This document shows, one piece after another, positions 1-13,611 of a stretch of 64,000 nucleotides of DNA (positions within the stretch are counted from its first letter, which is position 1; each line of letters begins with the position of its first letter). Origin of the DNA: Octopus sinensis. Its lineage: Eukaryota. Below the pieces are notes generated by a model. It was not told where the DNA came from. It did not search any database and was given only the letters and a program-made list of their open reading frames with translations. The stretch lies in NCBI RefSeq assembly GCF_006345805.1, contig NC_043019.1, positions 7,749,360-7,813,359 of the forward strand, written 5' to 3'. A program made the translations under genes and the position numbers.

Positions 1-408
1 GTTGTGTGAAACAGACTCCTATGCATACATACTGAATCGAAAGTTTCTGCATAGAATTTCAGTGTCGGTGTTAATGTTGAAGACGGTGTTTGTCTGTGTG
101 TGAATTTTGAGGGGAGAAATAATGAGATTGCGGATATAATGAAAGTAGCTATTAACGAATAGGATAATATCATTGATTGGGGTCTCTATTGTGAGCTCCA
201 TACACATGCGCACACACAGGCATCAAGGTATAGAACATTGTACAAACTAGCACACAGGCTTTCATATATATACACATGTGTAAGAGTGCGTATTCGTCTT
301 TGTGCAAGAGAGACGCGCGAAGTAGGTTTGCGATTAATATTATGTATCTATATGTGTATGTGTGTGTGTATACATATATGAGTATATATACATATATATG
401 AATATATA

Positions 409-563
<155 letters not shown>

Positions 564-1156
564 CAATGTTTGAGGTGATGATGGCGATGGTGAAAGCGTG
601 AGGCGATTCTTGACACACTCATATGCTCACATACACCCACACACCGCTCCACACCCACACACGTCTTTGTTTTTTCATTAAGTCATAGCTTTCAATACAT
701 CAGAGAATTATGAATTTTTCGTATTCATCATCGTGGCAACAACGCTAGTTTCATGTTTAAGAGAAAGTCATTTGAGTGTTGCAGAATGGAAGCCGCCCAA
801 GTGAGACACGCGTAGAGACATAATTACTAATGGAGATTGGACACATGATATGTAAGAAAATCAAAAAGTCAGAATCTCCAACAATATTCTACAGAGCAGG
901 AGAGGGTAACTCATGGCCATGAACATCAATGCCGTACAGGCCACTGGAATGGAGTCGTGTTGATCCCCCCACTATTTGTCAAAATTTCTCCCAATCTGTA
1001 ATTCCATTCTTTTCTATTGTTTTCTTTCATCTCAATTCTGCCAGTAGCAAGTTATTTTCGAGAAACAAGTTTTTACATTCGAATGGATGCTTTCTTTCCA
1101 AAGCGTAGTCCATATTTAAACAAAAGATGTGCCACTTTGTTTAATATGCTTATACG

Positions 1157-1189
1157 GATCAACGAGATTCCCACTGTCCCTATCTACTG

Positions 1190-1224
<35 letters not shown>

Positions 1225-1433
1225 CGGATCGGCGGGGAAAGAAGACCCTGTTCAGCTTGACTCTAGTCCGGTTTTGTGAGGGCACACGGTAGGCGTAGCA
1301 TAGGCGGTAGCATTCGCGTTGCCCCGCGCCGGGCGCTGCCGTCACCGGCGGCGCGCTGGCGTGCTGTTCGTTGTCCGCCGTCGCCTCGCGCGGCGGTCGG
1401 TCTCGTCGGTGCGCCGTGGGCGCCGTCGGCTAA
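1157..1433 (+). rRNA. 28S rRNA fragment (dispersed rRNA pseudogene), conserved core plus GC-rich expansion segment
   Basis: GATCAACGAGATTCCCACTGTCCCTATCTACTGTCTAGCGAAACCACAGCCAAGGGAACGGGCTTGG...GGGGAAAGAAGACCCTGTTCAGCTTGACTCTAGT matches the conserved eukaryotic LSU region just downstream of the R2 target. It then runs into ~130 nt of very GC-rich sequence and stops. GCTTATACG flanks both ends (1148-1156, 1434-1442). No other rDNA in the window. Confidence 0.93.
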
Positions 1434-2019
1434 GCTTATACGTACTGGTGCATGTTTTGTTGTCGCTGATTGTAATGTCTGAATATATTTGATATGTACC
1501 TGCATTCATTCATTTCGGTTACTCAGTTGTGTTGGTTTTGTTGCTTTTATTATTATAATCATTATGGAATGCACAGGTGGGGATTGTTAATTAAGTCTGA
1601 AACTAATTAATGCTTATGCGAGTGAAATGATAATTCGTGTTGTTATGGTTCTTGTGGTAAAGCACAACAGATTCTTCATTCTGCTGTCTATTCTATTTGA
1701 TCCTTTTGTATAAGACTGTATATTAGATGCTTAAGCCGATGTGCATTAGTGACCAACTAAATTTCGTTGACGCCTTAATATTTGATTCTTAGTATATCAG
1801 GAGTCCATTTGCTGTAGCCAAACTTTATGAATTTCGTTTCATATTCGTCAAAAACACGACCGGCACAACTGGGCGACTTTCTTATACCATATGCAGGTTC
1901 ATGTTTTTTGGATGCCCACACGGAGCTTGCATGCATCGCTTAAAATGATTTTACTTAATCATTTCAGCAAATATACATTTATCTCTGCAACCTTAACACC
2001 GTGCTTACCCAACACTTCC

Positions 2020-2300
<281 letters not shown>

Positions 2301-3059
2301 TATCTGCATCTTTCAATCTTTTTTCTTTCTTTCTTTCTGCCTATGCTTCTATGTCTCAGTCCCTCTCTCCCTATCTCTCTATGAACCTCTCTCTCACTTT
2401 CATACTACTTACCTATCCATCCTTTGTATGTTTCTTAATCTGTCTATAACCACAAACCACAAGCACTCATGCAAACTCATTTACTCGCACATTCAGAGAC
2501 ACATACGTACACGTCCACACACTCAGACACACACACGCACACACACACACACACACACACAGGCAGACTTCAGTACACACGATTATTCATACATATTCAA
2601 TCATTCACAACTTCCTTAATCTGCATATTCTGATCTAACTATTAAATATACATCAAAATCTCGTTTTCGTCGTTCGTTTAATCTGACGTACACATCATGT
2701 AGACAACTAGCGTTTGGCAGAGGCACAGAGACCGTGGAACTCGCACAGACATGCACCCTCACTCACACCAGCGTGTGTGTCTGGGAACATTGTCTAACAC
2801 TCACCGTGCATATTAATTAGTTAATTGCGTATATAATATTGAAACTATTCTACTTTTCAGCAGTTTTAAATTTCTTAATACATTTGTGGCATACAGAAAT
2901 AACAAAGAAAGTTCAGAAACGACTTAATAGATATGTAGTCAAATCAAAGGCGTTCTAGACGTGACCATCCTCTCCTTTTCAGACATAAAGTATCCCTGAC
3001 TAGATTATCGAAAGCCTACTATAGGTACCGGTGTAATCTCGTATAAAGAATTTGACTTC

Positions 3060-3400
3060 CCAACAACACGACTCAGCCCCAATGTGTGACACGCTGGGCA
3101 AATGGCTTCTCCTACAGCCTCAGGCCGACCGATGCCTTGAAAGTTGAGTTTTTAGGCGGAAACTGAAAAACACTAGTTGTGTGTGTGAGTGTGTGTGCAT
3201 TCTTTTACTTATTTTATTCATGTGACTGCAGCCATGCTGGAGCACTGCCCTTAGTTGAACAAATCGACCACAGTACTTATTTTTTTGTAAGCTTAGTATT
3301 TATTCTATGGGTTCTTTTGCCAAACCGCTATGTTATGGAGACTTAAACACCAACATCGGCTATCAAGGGATGGTGGCAGACAAACACAGACACGCAAATA
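3060..3400. mobile_element. Degraded SINE family A pieces (5' module on +, 3' module on -)
   Basis: Diverged matches to the full copies at 30532 and 52046 (CTGGGCAAATGGCTTCTCCTACAGCCTCAGGCCGACC...GGAAACTGAAA; GACTGCAGCCATGCTGGAGCACTGCC). Confidence 0.6.
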
Positions 3401-4042
3401 CATGCATACTCACATCTTGGTATCAATTGATTTCAGATTTTGTACATTAGTACTTAAGGATCGCCCTGCCCATCTTAGGTAATTTATTTTCAACATATTC
3501 ATTTTTTTTACATCGTACACGATTCTTCATTTGAATCCCCCACGAATAAAAAAATCTTACAAGTACAATACAAAATTTAATAAAGTATTATTATTATAAT
3601 TAAAAATAACAATAATAATATAGTGGCCATCATGTTTAAACAATATAGGTGAAATATAGAAATGAATTAGAGTATCGTTATAGCACTTGCTAGAAATAGA
3701 AGTTAACATTCCAAAGTCACAAATGAAAACACGCACACTGTGTAATGAAATGGAAATTTTGAAAAAAAGATAAATACAATAAACTTGGCTAACGATCCTT
3801 ATGTACTAATGTACAAAATCTGAAATCGATTGAGACCAAAATATCTGTTCTTTGTAGTTTAGACAAGGTAAGGCCTATTTTTATTATATTCGTTATATTA
3901 ACCGCGCGTGTTTCTAAATAGTGAGAAGTATGTGACTCAAGTACCCTAATTAATATAATACAATATAATATGATATAATATAATATAAAATAATATGCGA
4001 AATTATATATATATATTATATATATAATAATAATATAAATAT

Positions 4043-4073
<31 letters not shown>

Positions 4074-4109
4074 ATAATAACATACTATAAATATATATAT
4101 ATATAGTAT

Positions 4110-4165
<56 letters not shown>

Positions 4166-4454
4166 CTATACATATACGATTATCTAGTAAAAGAAAATAA
4201 ATGAGGAAGTAGTGAAATGATATGGCTGTCACAAATTGCTTCCGGTGTGTAATCTCGATGTGGGAGGAAGAAGAATATTCGACGCATTGATTAATAATGT
4301 CTTTTCATCAATTATCGTTTCGTTGCATTTTCTATTCACGTGTGCGTTGTGCTTCAGGCTCATTATCTGATTTTAACGCCACTGTTTGATCACAAACTCT
4401 TATTATTATCAGTGCTTTTCTTGTTGCTATTATTATCATCATCATGTGCGTGTA

Positions 4455-4496
<42 letters not shown>

Positions 4497-4555
4497 GTGG
4501 TGTGTGTGTATGTGTATATATGCATATATATATATAATATATATATAAGCATATG

Positions 4556-4600
<45 letters not shown>

Positions 4601-5796
4601 GTCTAAATATATATGTATATATTATATCTATATATCTATATCTATATCTATATCTATATCTATATCTAATATATATATATATATATATATATATGCATCC
4701 GTAAGCAAATATAGAGAGACCACTATCCATGTGTATGTTGCGATATTTCAGAGAAATGCTGCTATTTCATGAATATTAGTTCATCAGTTGAAAGCACTGC
4801 GGCCCCGGTCTTAGCCTTCTGTCTTCGTGTTTCTCCGGTTTACTAAGCTGTAATATTTCCGAAACGGGTGGAATCAAATATCATTCTTACTCTAAATACA
4901 TGATTTGTTTATTGCATTACTGTGACTAGTATGCTACTAATAATACTGATAATAACATAAATCGGAGAAATAAAAATAAAGAGGAAAATATAAATTTTCT
5001 TGGCTGTCTAAGATGACCTGGGTGTAACACATTTATGTGTAACTGTAGGTCAGCCACTCAATATCCCTTTGAAAACAAGTACTTTATAAAACGTACTAAA
5101 AATTCAGTGAAAATAACCTAGTGTGGCAATGCGTATATCAATTGCTCATTGAATCATTTTAAACCCTGTTATAACAGGCACAATCAAACATTTGCTAAGA
5201 AAAATTCAGCAATCCAATGGATGAAAATGTGATAAAAATTTAATAGAAAACCTGCATGTTTAAAAAAATTAACCTATATCTTAATACACATCTAGTCGAT
5301 ACTAAATTAATAAAATGAAGGAACTAACTTATACTTTCGCACAGATGTAGTTTTTTCAGAAATTTAAAATTTCATAAAAATACAATCTATCCATTATGGA
5401 AAAGCGCAAAAACAAAACAATATAATAAAGAATTTATTCCAAAAATAGAAAATTATTGTTAATAAATTAAAAAAAATCATTCCTCATAAACATAAAAACA
5501 ATCGAATATTATTCAAGTGGAATTAATTTTCTTCTAATTGCTTTTACACTTAAATGAATTTTTTCTCTATATATCGCTAATAGAAGTATAGCGAATTAAA
5601 AGCATATAAATACACAAGTAGGTTCGTATGGAAACGGAGATCTGTACGCGTTCCATGTAAGTGTGCGTCTGCCTATATATTTGTATGTCATATGCGTGTG
5701 TATATAAGTTTATATATATATGTTTATATACACACACATATGAAAAAATACATATATATATATATTATATATATATATATATATTATATATAATAC

Positions 5797-5828
<32 letters not shown>

Positions 5829-5881
5829 TATATATATGTATGCATGTATTATTAATAAATATGTGAGTCTGTATATATGCA

Positions 5882-5917
<36 letters not shown>

Positions 5918-5963
5918 TGCATGTATGTATATATATGTGAGTCTGTTTTTGTATATGCATATT

Positions 5964-5996
<33 letters not shown>

Positions 5997-6359
5997 TATA
6001 TATAATATATATATATATAATGTTTATATATTATATTTACCGCGTATCCATGACGCTAAATAGCAATTATCGGCTTGTTGAAATATAATTAATAAACTGT
6101 AGGAATTATTCGATAGGAGCATTACAATTGAATAGAAGTGAAAGCGATACATGCGTCTGTTATTAACAGAGAAAAGACCGCAACAAGATGTACTTATTTC
6201 TTTAGGTATTATCATACGAAGCGTGAATTCCTGCATCTTTGTTATTTTACAATTTAAATAAATTACTTGACCTGTTTTAACACCATCGGTGTCAGTGTTG
6301 TTTTCGTAACATTCTATCATATTCATTATGAATCGCATATGCGTACATATATTTAATTC

Positions 6360-6465
6360 TACCTACCTACATACTTACCTACCTACCTACCTACCTACCT
6401 ACCTACCTACCTACCTATCTATCTATATATAAGTCAGTCAATCTAATCTATCTATATATCAATCA

Positions 6466-6523
<58 letters not shown>

Positions 6524-6595
6524 ATATCTATCTATCTATCTATCTATCTATTTATCTATCTATCTACCTCTCAATCTATCTGTTTATCTATTTAT
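6360..6595. repeat. Compound (CTAC)n/(TATC)n microsatellite
   Basis: Directly visible tandem repeats. Confidence 0.9.
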
Positions 6596-6769
6596 CTGTA
6601 TATTTCTCTGTATGCTTCTGTCTGGTTTCTGTCTATATATACTGTTTATGTTATAAGAATTCGTAAAGTTTCGATAGTATGCTGAAATTTGGGCTGATAA
6701 ATACAATCCGATGGAAAGACCCAATAGTTTTTTTATGTGGATTTCACAAGCTTTTATTTATAGCTTTCT

Positions 6770-7875
6770 ATGTCCTTCAATTCCCCATTCGCACATGCGC
6801 TTTCTTTGTGTACGATTTTCGTGACTACACAGTATAGTAGGGCCAGTTTTCTCATCGTCTGTGAGAAAAACATTACCATGTCGCAATTCACTTTGCCAGA
6901 AATCGGAAAACCTCATGCTGCACGGCTTGGTATTCGCACCGAAATCTCCAATATCAACGTTTCAGAGTGTTTGGGTGTCGAACTGAGGAGAATGCAGAAC
7001 ATTTGGAAATTTTTGGACGAGTCTAGTGGTAATTACGAAGGTATAGCAGTTCGGAAAACTCTCTTTGATCATTGGGATAAGAAAGGAAGTGAATTTCTTG
7101 GTGAGACCCAGGCCATGATTGACAATGACCCCTCTAAATCAGTCAGGGACATTGGAGTGTCTGAATTCCTTTTCAGGTAGGGAGTACATGAAGACATTCG
7201 GTACTCCTAATACAAGATGAGAAAGGGCCAACTTTTATCCCGAGCCATCAAGGACAATACCGCATTACGAAGCTTTTTCACTACCTTAAGCATACCATCC
7301 AACCGAACATACTTCTGCCAAGATCAGATGGAAAACACACAGAACAACAATTAGTTTGTCGTGTCCCCATAACCGAGAGTGATAAAACAAATATGAAACA
7401 TCCTGTCAACATCATGGTGTTTGGAGTGATCACTAGTGATGGCGCCGTTATATCGCCATTCATCTGACTCGGCCTCACACTCAACACGGAGGTCTACACC
7501 AAGTGCCTGGATGAGATAGTGCTGCCCTGGGTCAAGAGGGCAGATGCTGGAAGGCCTATGTCTGTTAACAGGAGTATGCAACATGCCACAAAAGCAGGAG
7601 AAGCCAGTCATGGCAGTCAGACAGTTTCTGCAACCATATCATCCCCTAACATCTGGCCATGTAACTCCCCAGACTGGAATCCCCTACATTATTATGTGAG
7701 GGGCGCAGTTGAGAGAGAGACCAACGTAAGTCCTTGTAACACCAAAGATGAACTGATAGCAAGGTTTATGGCAGCATTCAGCAACGTAAACAAGAAAACC
7801 GATGAGAGGGGCTGCGGGAGATTCCGAAGTCGTGTAGAGACAGTGATTGAAGGCAATGGCGATTTTGCGAATTCC
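6770..7875 (+). mobile_element. Decayed Tc1/mariner-superfamily transposase (maT/DD37D-like), no intact TIRs seen
   Basis: Broken ORFs 6770-7180 (HTH-like ...IDNDPSKSVRDIGVSEFL) and 7519-7902 (IWPCNSPDWNPLHYY...GRFRSRVETVIEGNGDF, matching WPPxSPDLNPLDY). KHPVNIMVFGVITSDG lies at ~7394-7445. Stops and frameshifts present; the first catalytic FSDEK motif is not visible and the last D reads H. Confidence 0.85.
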
Positions 7876-7979
7876 GGGCAGGCGTGCTGCTATTGTTTGT
7901 AGATCTGGGTATTGTAGTAATATAGTGTAATGCTGGTCTAACTACAAATGCATTATAGAATGAAGATTTTCGTATAAGG

Positions 7980-8242
7980 CAAGCGGTTCTCAAATGGGGT
8001 CCCTGTCTCTTGATAGACCCTAAAAAGTTTGATGTTAAAATGTATGTGCAATAACATGGTAATCCTCCCGAATCACAAAAAAAATTTAAACAATTATTTT
8101 ACATTTCCTAATATTATTTAATCAGAAAAATATAACAAGATATTTAGATATCGAATGGCCATGAGGATCCCTGCCGCCTAAAGAAAATCACTGACAAAAT
8201 CACAAACAAACAAACAAAAAAATAACTGGTTGAGAACGACAT
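7980..8242. mobile_element. Possible degraded hAT/Charlie-like MITE
   Basis: CAAGCGGTTCTCAAATGGGGTCC at 7980 and GGTTGAGAACGAC at 8228-8240 form imperfect terminal inverted repeats resembling CAGTGGTTCTCAA ends. No clear 8-bp TSD. Confidence 0.4.
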
Positions 8243-9639
8243 AAAGGTTTCAATACACCCTCATTTCCATCCAGTAACTTTCTGTCGTAATTCCTTTTTC
8301 CTAGAAGTTGCATTATTCCATGACCGTTACACAAAGACCCATAATTACAAGATTTTCGCTCGTTATATTTTTATATATTTATTGTTTTATAAGTCTAAGT
8401 CATTATCTTGGAAGACCTCCAGACACTGACATAGGTCAGTCCTGATGTGTTCTACATACTACCCTATATGTTATCGCACGTACCAGGCGTATAATGTTTG
8501 ATTTACGAGATTAAAAAATATAGCAAGCGTTACCAATTGTGGTGTTGTATATATATGTATGTAAATCAAAATAACCTAATGATTAAATATATGGTTATTT
8601 GAAATTAAATGCACACACACACATACATATATATGTACATATACTTGTACATATATATATATATATATACATATGTTTGTGTATAGACATAGCAATCCCA
8701 TCCCCACATATAAGTGATATATATGTGTATGTTATATATAATATATGTATATATCTATACACACACACACACACAACAGGTATATAAAGACATTTATTAC
8801 ATTTTATAAGCTATTCATGAATTTACTAATTAATATCTTTGCTATTTCCGTTTCACTAGCTCAGGAGAGCAAACAGCAATTGCGAAGACTACATTCTCAG
8901 CCAGAAGCAATTAATGCCAGTTCCAAAAAAGAATTTCTCAGACATAATTGAATGTGTCTAAAAGTAAATTATAATTCTCTTTCTTTCAAATGCGACATTA
9001 TCGATTTTTCGTCAATGATGTTTTTATATTCTTTAAATTATTATTTTTATGTATTATTATTATTATTTTCTATATTGTTTTTTTTCAAATATTTTTCAAG
9101 ATATTTCTTCAACTGAAATATATTTTAAAACGTAGCATAACAGTAGAATACAGTTTCCTCTTTTGTTTCTTCAATTGTACGCCATTTTTCGACTGAGCGA
9201 CTACACACAAAGCCATGCATACATACAGACACAATCATAAACTCTTAGGCACAGTTGGATGCAGATATGGTTAGAAAACAAATACAGACGTACTTAAAAA
9301 TCACTCTCTCTCTCTCTCTCTCCCACCCCCATTTTGTGTCCATGCACTCAAACGCACAGCCAGCTATCTCTCGATTTCTCTTTATCTATGTCTCTTTATC
9401 TATCTACATATCTATCTATCTATCTATCTATCTAATTCTACACCACTCCATATATATATATATATGGATACAGAGAGTGAGGGAGAAAGAGAGCAAGAAA
9501 GAATGAGAGAAAGAGAGAGAGAGAGATAGAGAAAGAGAAAGTACTTAATGAAAACAAAAGGTAATCGTAAGTCCTTTTGTCATCTCTTTTGTATGTATGT
9601 AAAGATTATATATATATATATATGTATACAGAGATAAGT

Positions 9640-9699
9640 AGACAGATAGATAGATAGAGATAGATAGATAGATATATAGAGATAGATAGATAGATAGAT

Positions 9700-9754
<55 letters not shown>

Positions 9755-9760
9755 GACATA
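9640..9760. repeat. (AGAT)n microsatellite
   Basis: Directly visible. Confidence 0.95.
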
Positions 9761-10069
9761 GAAAGAAAGTATTAAGTAAGTAAAATATAATGATTTTCTA
9801 AGCTGTTCAACTTCAGTAAAACAAGATATTCACACTTAGTTACACATACTGACACACCTAATTATTCACGTGGTTACATATAAGCTTGCATATTATATAT
9901 TTACAAAGAAAGTTATTCGAACGCAGAACGCATAAATCCATGCAAGTAAATAAAGTCATTCGTAGAAGGGTATGAAACGTATGTTTAGCTTTATCTAGAG
10001 TCACGTATGTAAACATGCATTTATAATCACAAATACACATCTACATATATATATGATATATCGTTAGCC

Positions 10070-10275
10070 ACTAGACTCATATTTTTCTCTCCTTCTTTCT
10101 CTCTTTTTTTCTCTCCTTGTTTCTCTCCTTCTTTTTCTCTGTGTCCCTTTCTGTAGAAGAGCGTAGGTTCGAAACCTAAAGGACTTTTACAAGTCCTGTG
10201 CGTTATACTAATACATCTGTTTGTTTTGTACACCACCTGTCTTTGTCTTTTGTTTTTTTCGTAAACTCTCCCTAT
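10070..10275 (+). mobile_element. Short (TA)n-anchored Penelope-like-derived element with hammerhead-like variant core
   Basis: CTTT-CTGTAGA-A-GAGC-GTAG-GTTC-GAAA-CCTA-AAGG at 10147-10182. Same family as copies at 27.2, 27.4, 32.2, 60.1 and 62.9 kb; ends in (TA)n. Confidence 0.6.
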
Positions 10276-10420
10276 ATATATGTATATATAAATATATATT
10301 GGCCTGCTCACTTAGCCGGAGGGGTGGCGTCATTTGAAGGCTAAAACAATGCGAAGTGCATTGTGACCAGCGATGTGTAGCAACATCTGATAGCCTGGTC
10401 TGGTCACGTTGATGACGGTG

Positions 10421-10473
<53 letters not shown>

Positions 10474-11604
10474 GAGAGAGAGAGAGAGAGGAGAGAGAGA
10501 GACTCAAACATCTAATATCTCGACTATACACTAACGAAGTCAGAATCACTGATCACATATACACGCATATGTTTGTGTGTGTGTGTATGTTTATTTATAT
10601 CGTATTTCTGTATATTTACAGCCATGACGCTGTATCTTCTTAATGAATAAAGACAGACGGTGTGCAAAGGAAACATCCTATATTCATTGTTAGAGAGTCT
10701 TCAAAACTATATTGAAACTAGTTTCAGATATTTCTGAGTTTCTGCTTCCAATCCACCAGTCACGTAACTAACTTACTAAATAAATAAATAAATAACTGAA
10801 TGGATGAATAAATAAATAAGACTTTTTCGAAGAATTAACGCAATGCTGAAAAAAAAAAGTATTTAGAAAATTGGAAGAGAGAAAAATTATAATTAATACC
10901 GATATTTTTGTTCCGTTTTAGTTATTGATTAACGTTTATTGTATTTGTGCGTAATTTTTCCCTCTTAGAAAAATTAGTAACATTTCTGTATAATATATAA
11001 AGAAGTTAATGAATTTCATGAGTTATTAGTGTTTTTTTTTTGTTTTTCTTTTATCATTTTTTTTTTGTTTTGGTTTCCCTGGTGACTATGATAAACTGAA
11101 ATGTTTAAAAAATGAGGAAAAGAGAACGAATACAAAAAGAAGAAAAAAGAAATACACCAAAGACAAAGAAATTAACGAAGAAAGAAACAGAAAAACTAAT
11201 ATGACCGGATGGTTAGCTAACAGTCATAAAAAGAACAATTTGAAATGTCCGACTTTCGCTGCCATCGCTACAAATACTTAACATTATGGAAAAAGTGTTT
11301 CTTTCTGCTGTGTGATAGATCGCTTGAAATAACAATATGCTTGCCAGTGTATGACAAACGGACGCTCTCCACACATTCATTGTCTTTGTCTAAGCAGGTG
11401 CAATGAAACAACGAAATGGGATGAAGTGGAACCATTTGGTTAAATGGAATTTTAAAAAAGCTTAGATGCAAGCAATAAACCAGTTATTCTTGTATTTAGG
11501 AATGGTCATTTTGCCAGTTTAGCCAATAAAAACACACGCACTATATATTTGGTGTTACTTTGCTTCAGCGTTATTTAGTTTTTACATTAATCTTAATCTT
11601 ATTT

Positions 11605-11650
11605 CCGCCAGAGTTCTTTCGTAACACTCCTGTGACCTCATCAGTGGTCC
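11605..11650 (-). ncRNA. Minimal type I hammerhead ribozyme motif (degenerate stem II)
   Basis: Minus strand reads GGACCA-CTGATGA-GGTCACAGGAGTGTTAC-GAAA-GAAC-TC-TGG: canonical CUGAUGA and GAAA, stem I CCA/UGG, very short stem III, imperfect stem II. Confidence 0.5.
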
Positions 11651-12029
11651 TTTGCTTTCTTCTTTCTTATTTGTGTGTCTCTCCTTACTAATCGTGAGGC
11701 ATTTTGTATTTCTATTGTACGTGTCTTCATTTGCGCATGCGTATATCTCTATGTGCGCCTATGTTTAGTTAGTGTGTGTTTTGGGGGGAAATGCCTGTAA
11801 TATTTGTATCTCCTCTTTATATACGTTCGTGTAATTTGTTTTTGTTTGTTTATTCTTATTTTTCTCATGTGTTTACACCCACTTATTTATGTATGTATGT
11901 ATAATAATAATAATAAAAAAGATTTTAATGTATATAGTTATTTACTTCGATTTGTTTATTTATCTGTGTATTTTTATTTTATTATGTTTTCAGTTTTGTT
12001 TATATTTGACACTCAATTCTTCAACATAT

Positions 12030-12560
12030 CTAACAAATCTTACAACATGAGCCGGATTTACCCGACAACATTACCCTTTAACATAAGGGTCTCACTATAG
12101 CTAGGACCAGACTTAGACAGATTTTAGAACTATACACTAAGAGACAGAGACAGAATGAGACAGAGGCCCAAAAACTTGGGATTAAACCTGCATGTGGCTT
12201 ACGTAAGCTCATTCAGCGCACGAGGAACGGAGAGGTGGTAGCCTTTTCACAGATATGTCCGACAGGATGTCAATAGACAGCTTACCGAACTAGATCCAAG
12301 CAATGCAACATCCTATCGCCAAAACGAAAGTAACAACTTTACAGGCGCATGAGGAGAGAGAAAAGGTTCTCAACGCCCACAAGATGATGTGGACAATTGT
12401 TTTGGGACCCAAGAACGCACAGCTAACAATTTCCAAGCCTTGAACAATGATATTCCGGCACTGTATGGACTTCGCAACGATCATAAAGTAACCAAAGACC
12501 CTGCAGCAGGATCACCAACAATACCAGTCTGTAGAGCGAATATCGCTAGCAAATTTATAG
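12030..12560 (+). mobile_element. Penelope-like element reverse transcriptase remnant (N-terminal part)
   Basis: Frameshifted translation LRKLIQRTRNGEVVAF/TDMSDRMSIDS...EKVLNAHKMMW and NNDIPALYGLRNDHKVTKDPAAGSPTIPVCRANIAS resembles the PLE motifs TDKSG and PxLYGLxKxHK...PxRPV. Multiple stops. Confidence 0.6.
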
Positions 12561-13388
12561 AGTTATAGGCCTAATAAATCGAGAAGTGTTCTATATGGCC
12601 ACATGATTGGCTGAACATTGGACCGATGTCTTTTTAAACTCGCACACATCCGTTTAAATGAGGAACAATACAGCATATAAAGTTAGACCCCAGATATCTG
12701 ATAGTAATAAAGGACATTCATGGCTGGAATGGCATAGTGTATAGGTATGTTTATTTAAATTTGTTTATTTAAACTGGTTGAAGCAACTACAAGGGAGTGA
12801 AGGTAAGAGCAGTATTTCTATGATTGCTATGAACAGGCAGGTTTGACCACCAACGTTTAACTAGCAACATTAAGAAAGAGAACAAGATAGAGAATAGTCA
12901 CTGTTACACAACCTTTGATCTTATATCCTTTTGATTGATTTCGGTTAAGGTTTAAACAAATATCTGAACATCCAACAACATATTACGAAATACGACATGT
13001 ACAGAAACGGCAAATCTAGATATTAGGAAATACAACAGCATTTATAATGAGGTTTTACAGCATAGATTAGAATTATTCCAGAATTCTAATTAAAACTTGC
13101 ATTTATTATCAGGTAATGAAAGAGTGAAAACCATGGACAGTTTCACCAATTAAATCTACTCTCTTTCTCTCTCTCTTTCATTTTATTTTGTCTCTCCATC
13201 TGAGTTCCGACTTATATATTTTCTTTATTCATCATAATTAAATTTATTTCTTATCATAATCATAATGTAATCATAATTAGACAACACACATGCATGCACG
13301 CAGGTACCGTCACACATACACACACATACATGTATATACATATATATGTGAATATATATGTATATATTGATAGATAGATATATCAGAA

Positions 13389-13428
<40 letters not shown>

Positions 13429-13580
13429 TATACGAATATGGAGGAATATATATTTATATTTCATATATGTACATATATATATGTGTGTATGTGTATATAT
13501 ATTTATGTATGTATAGAGACACATACATACATACATACATATATATATATATGTATATATATATTAATATATATATATAT

Positions 13581-13611
<31 letters not shown>

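Noticed and set aside
1017-1505. ORFs over the GC-rich island, and the idea of a functional rDNA unit
   Set aside because: The sequence is 28S rRNA, and only 277 bp with no 18S/5.8S/ITS context.
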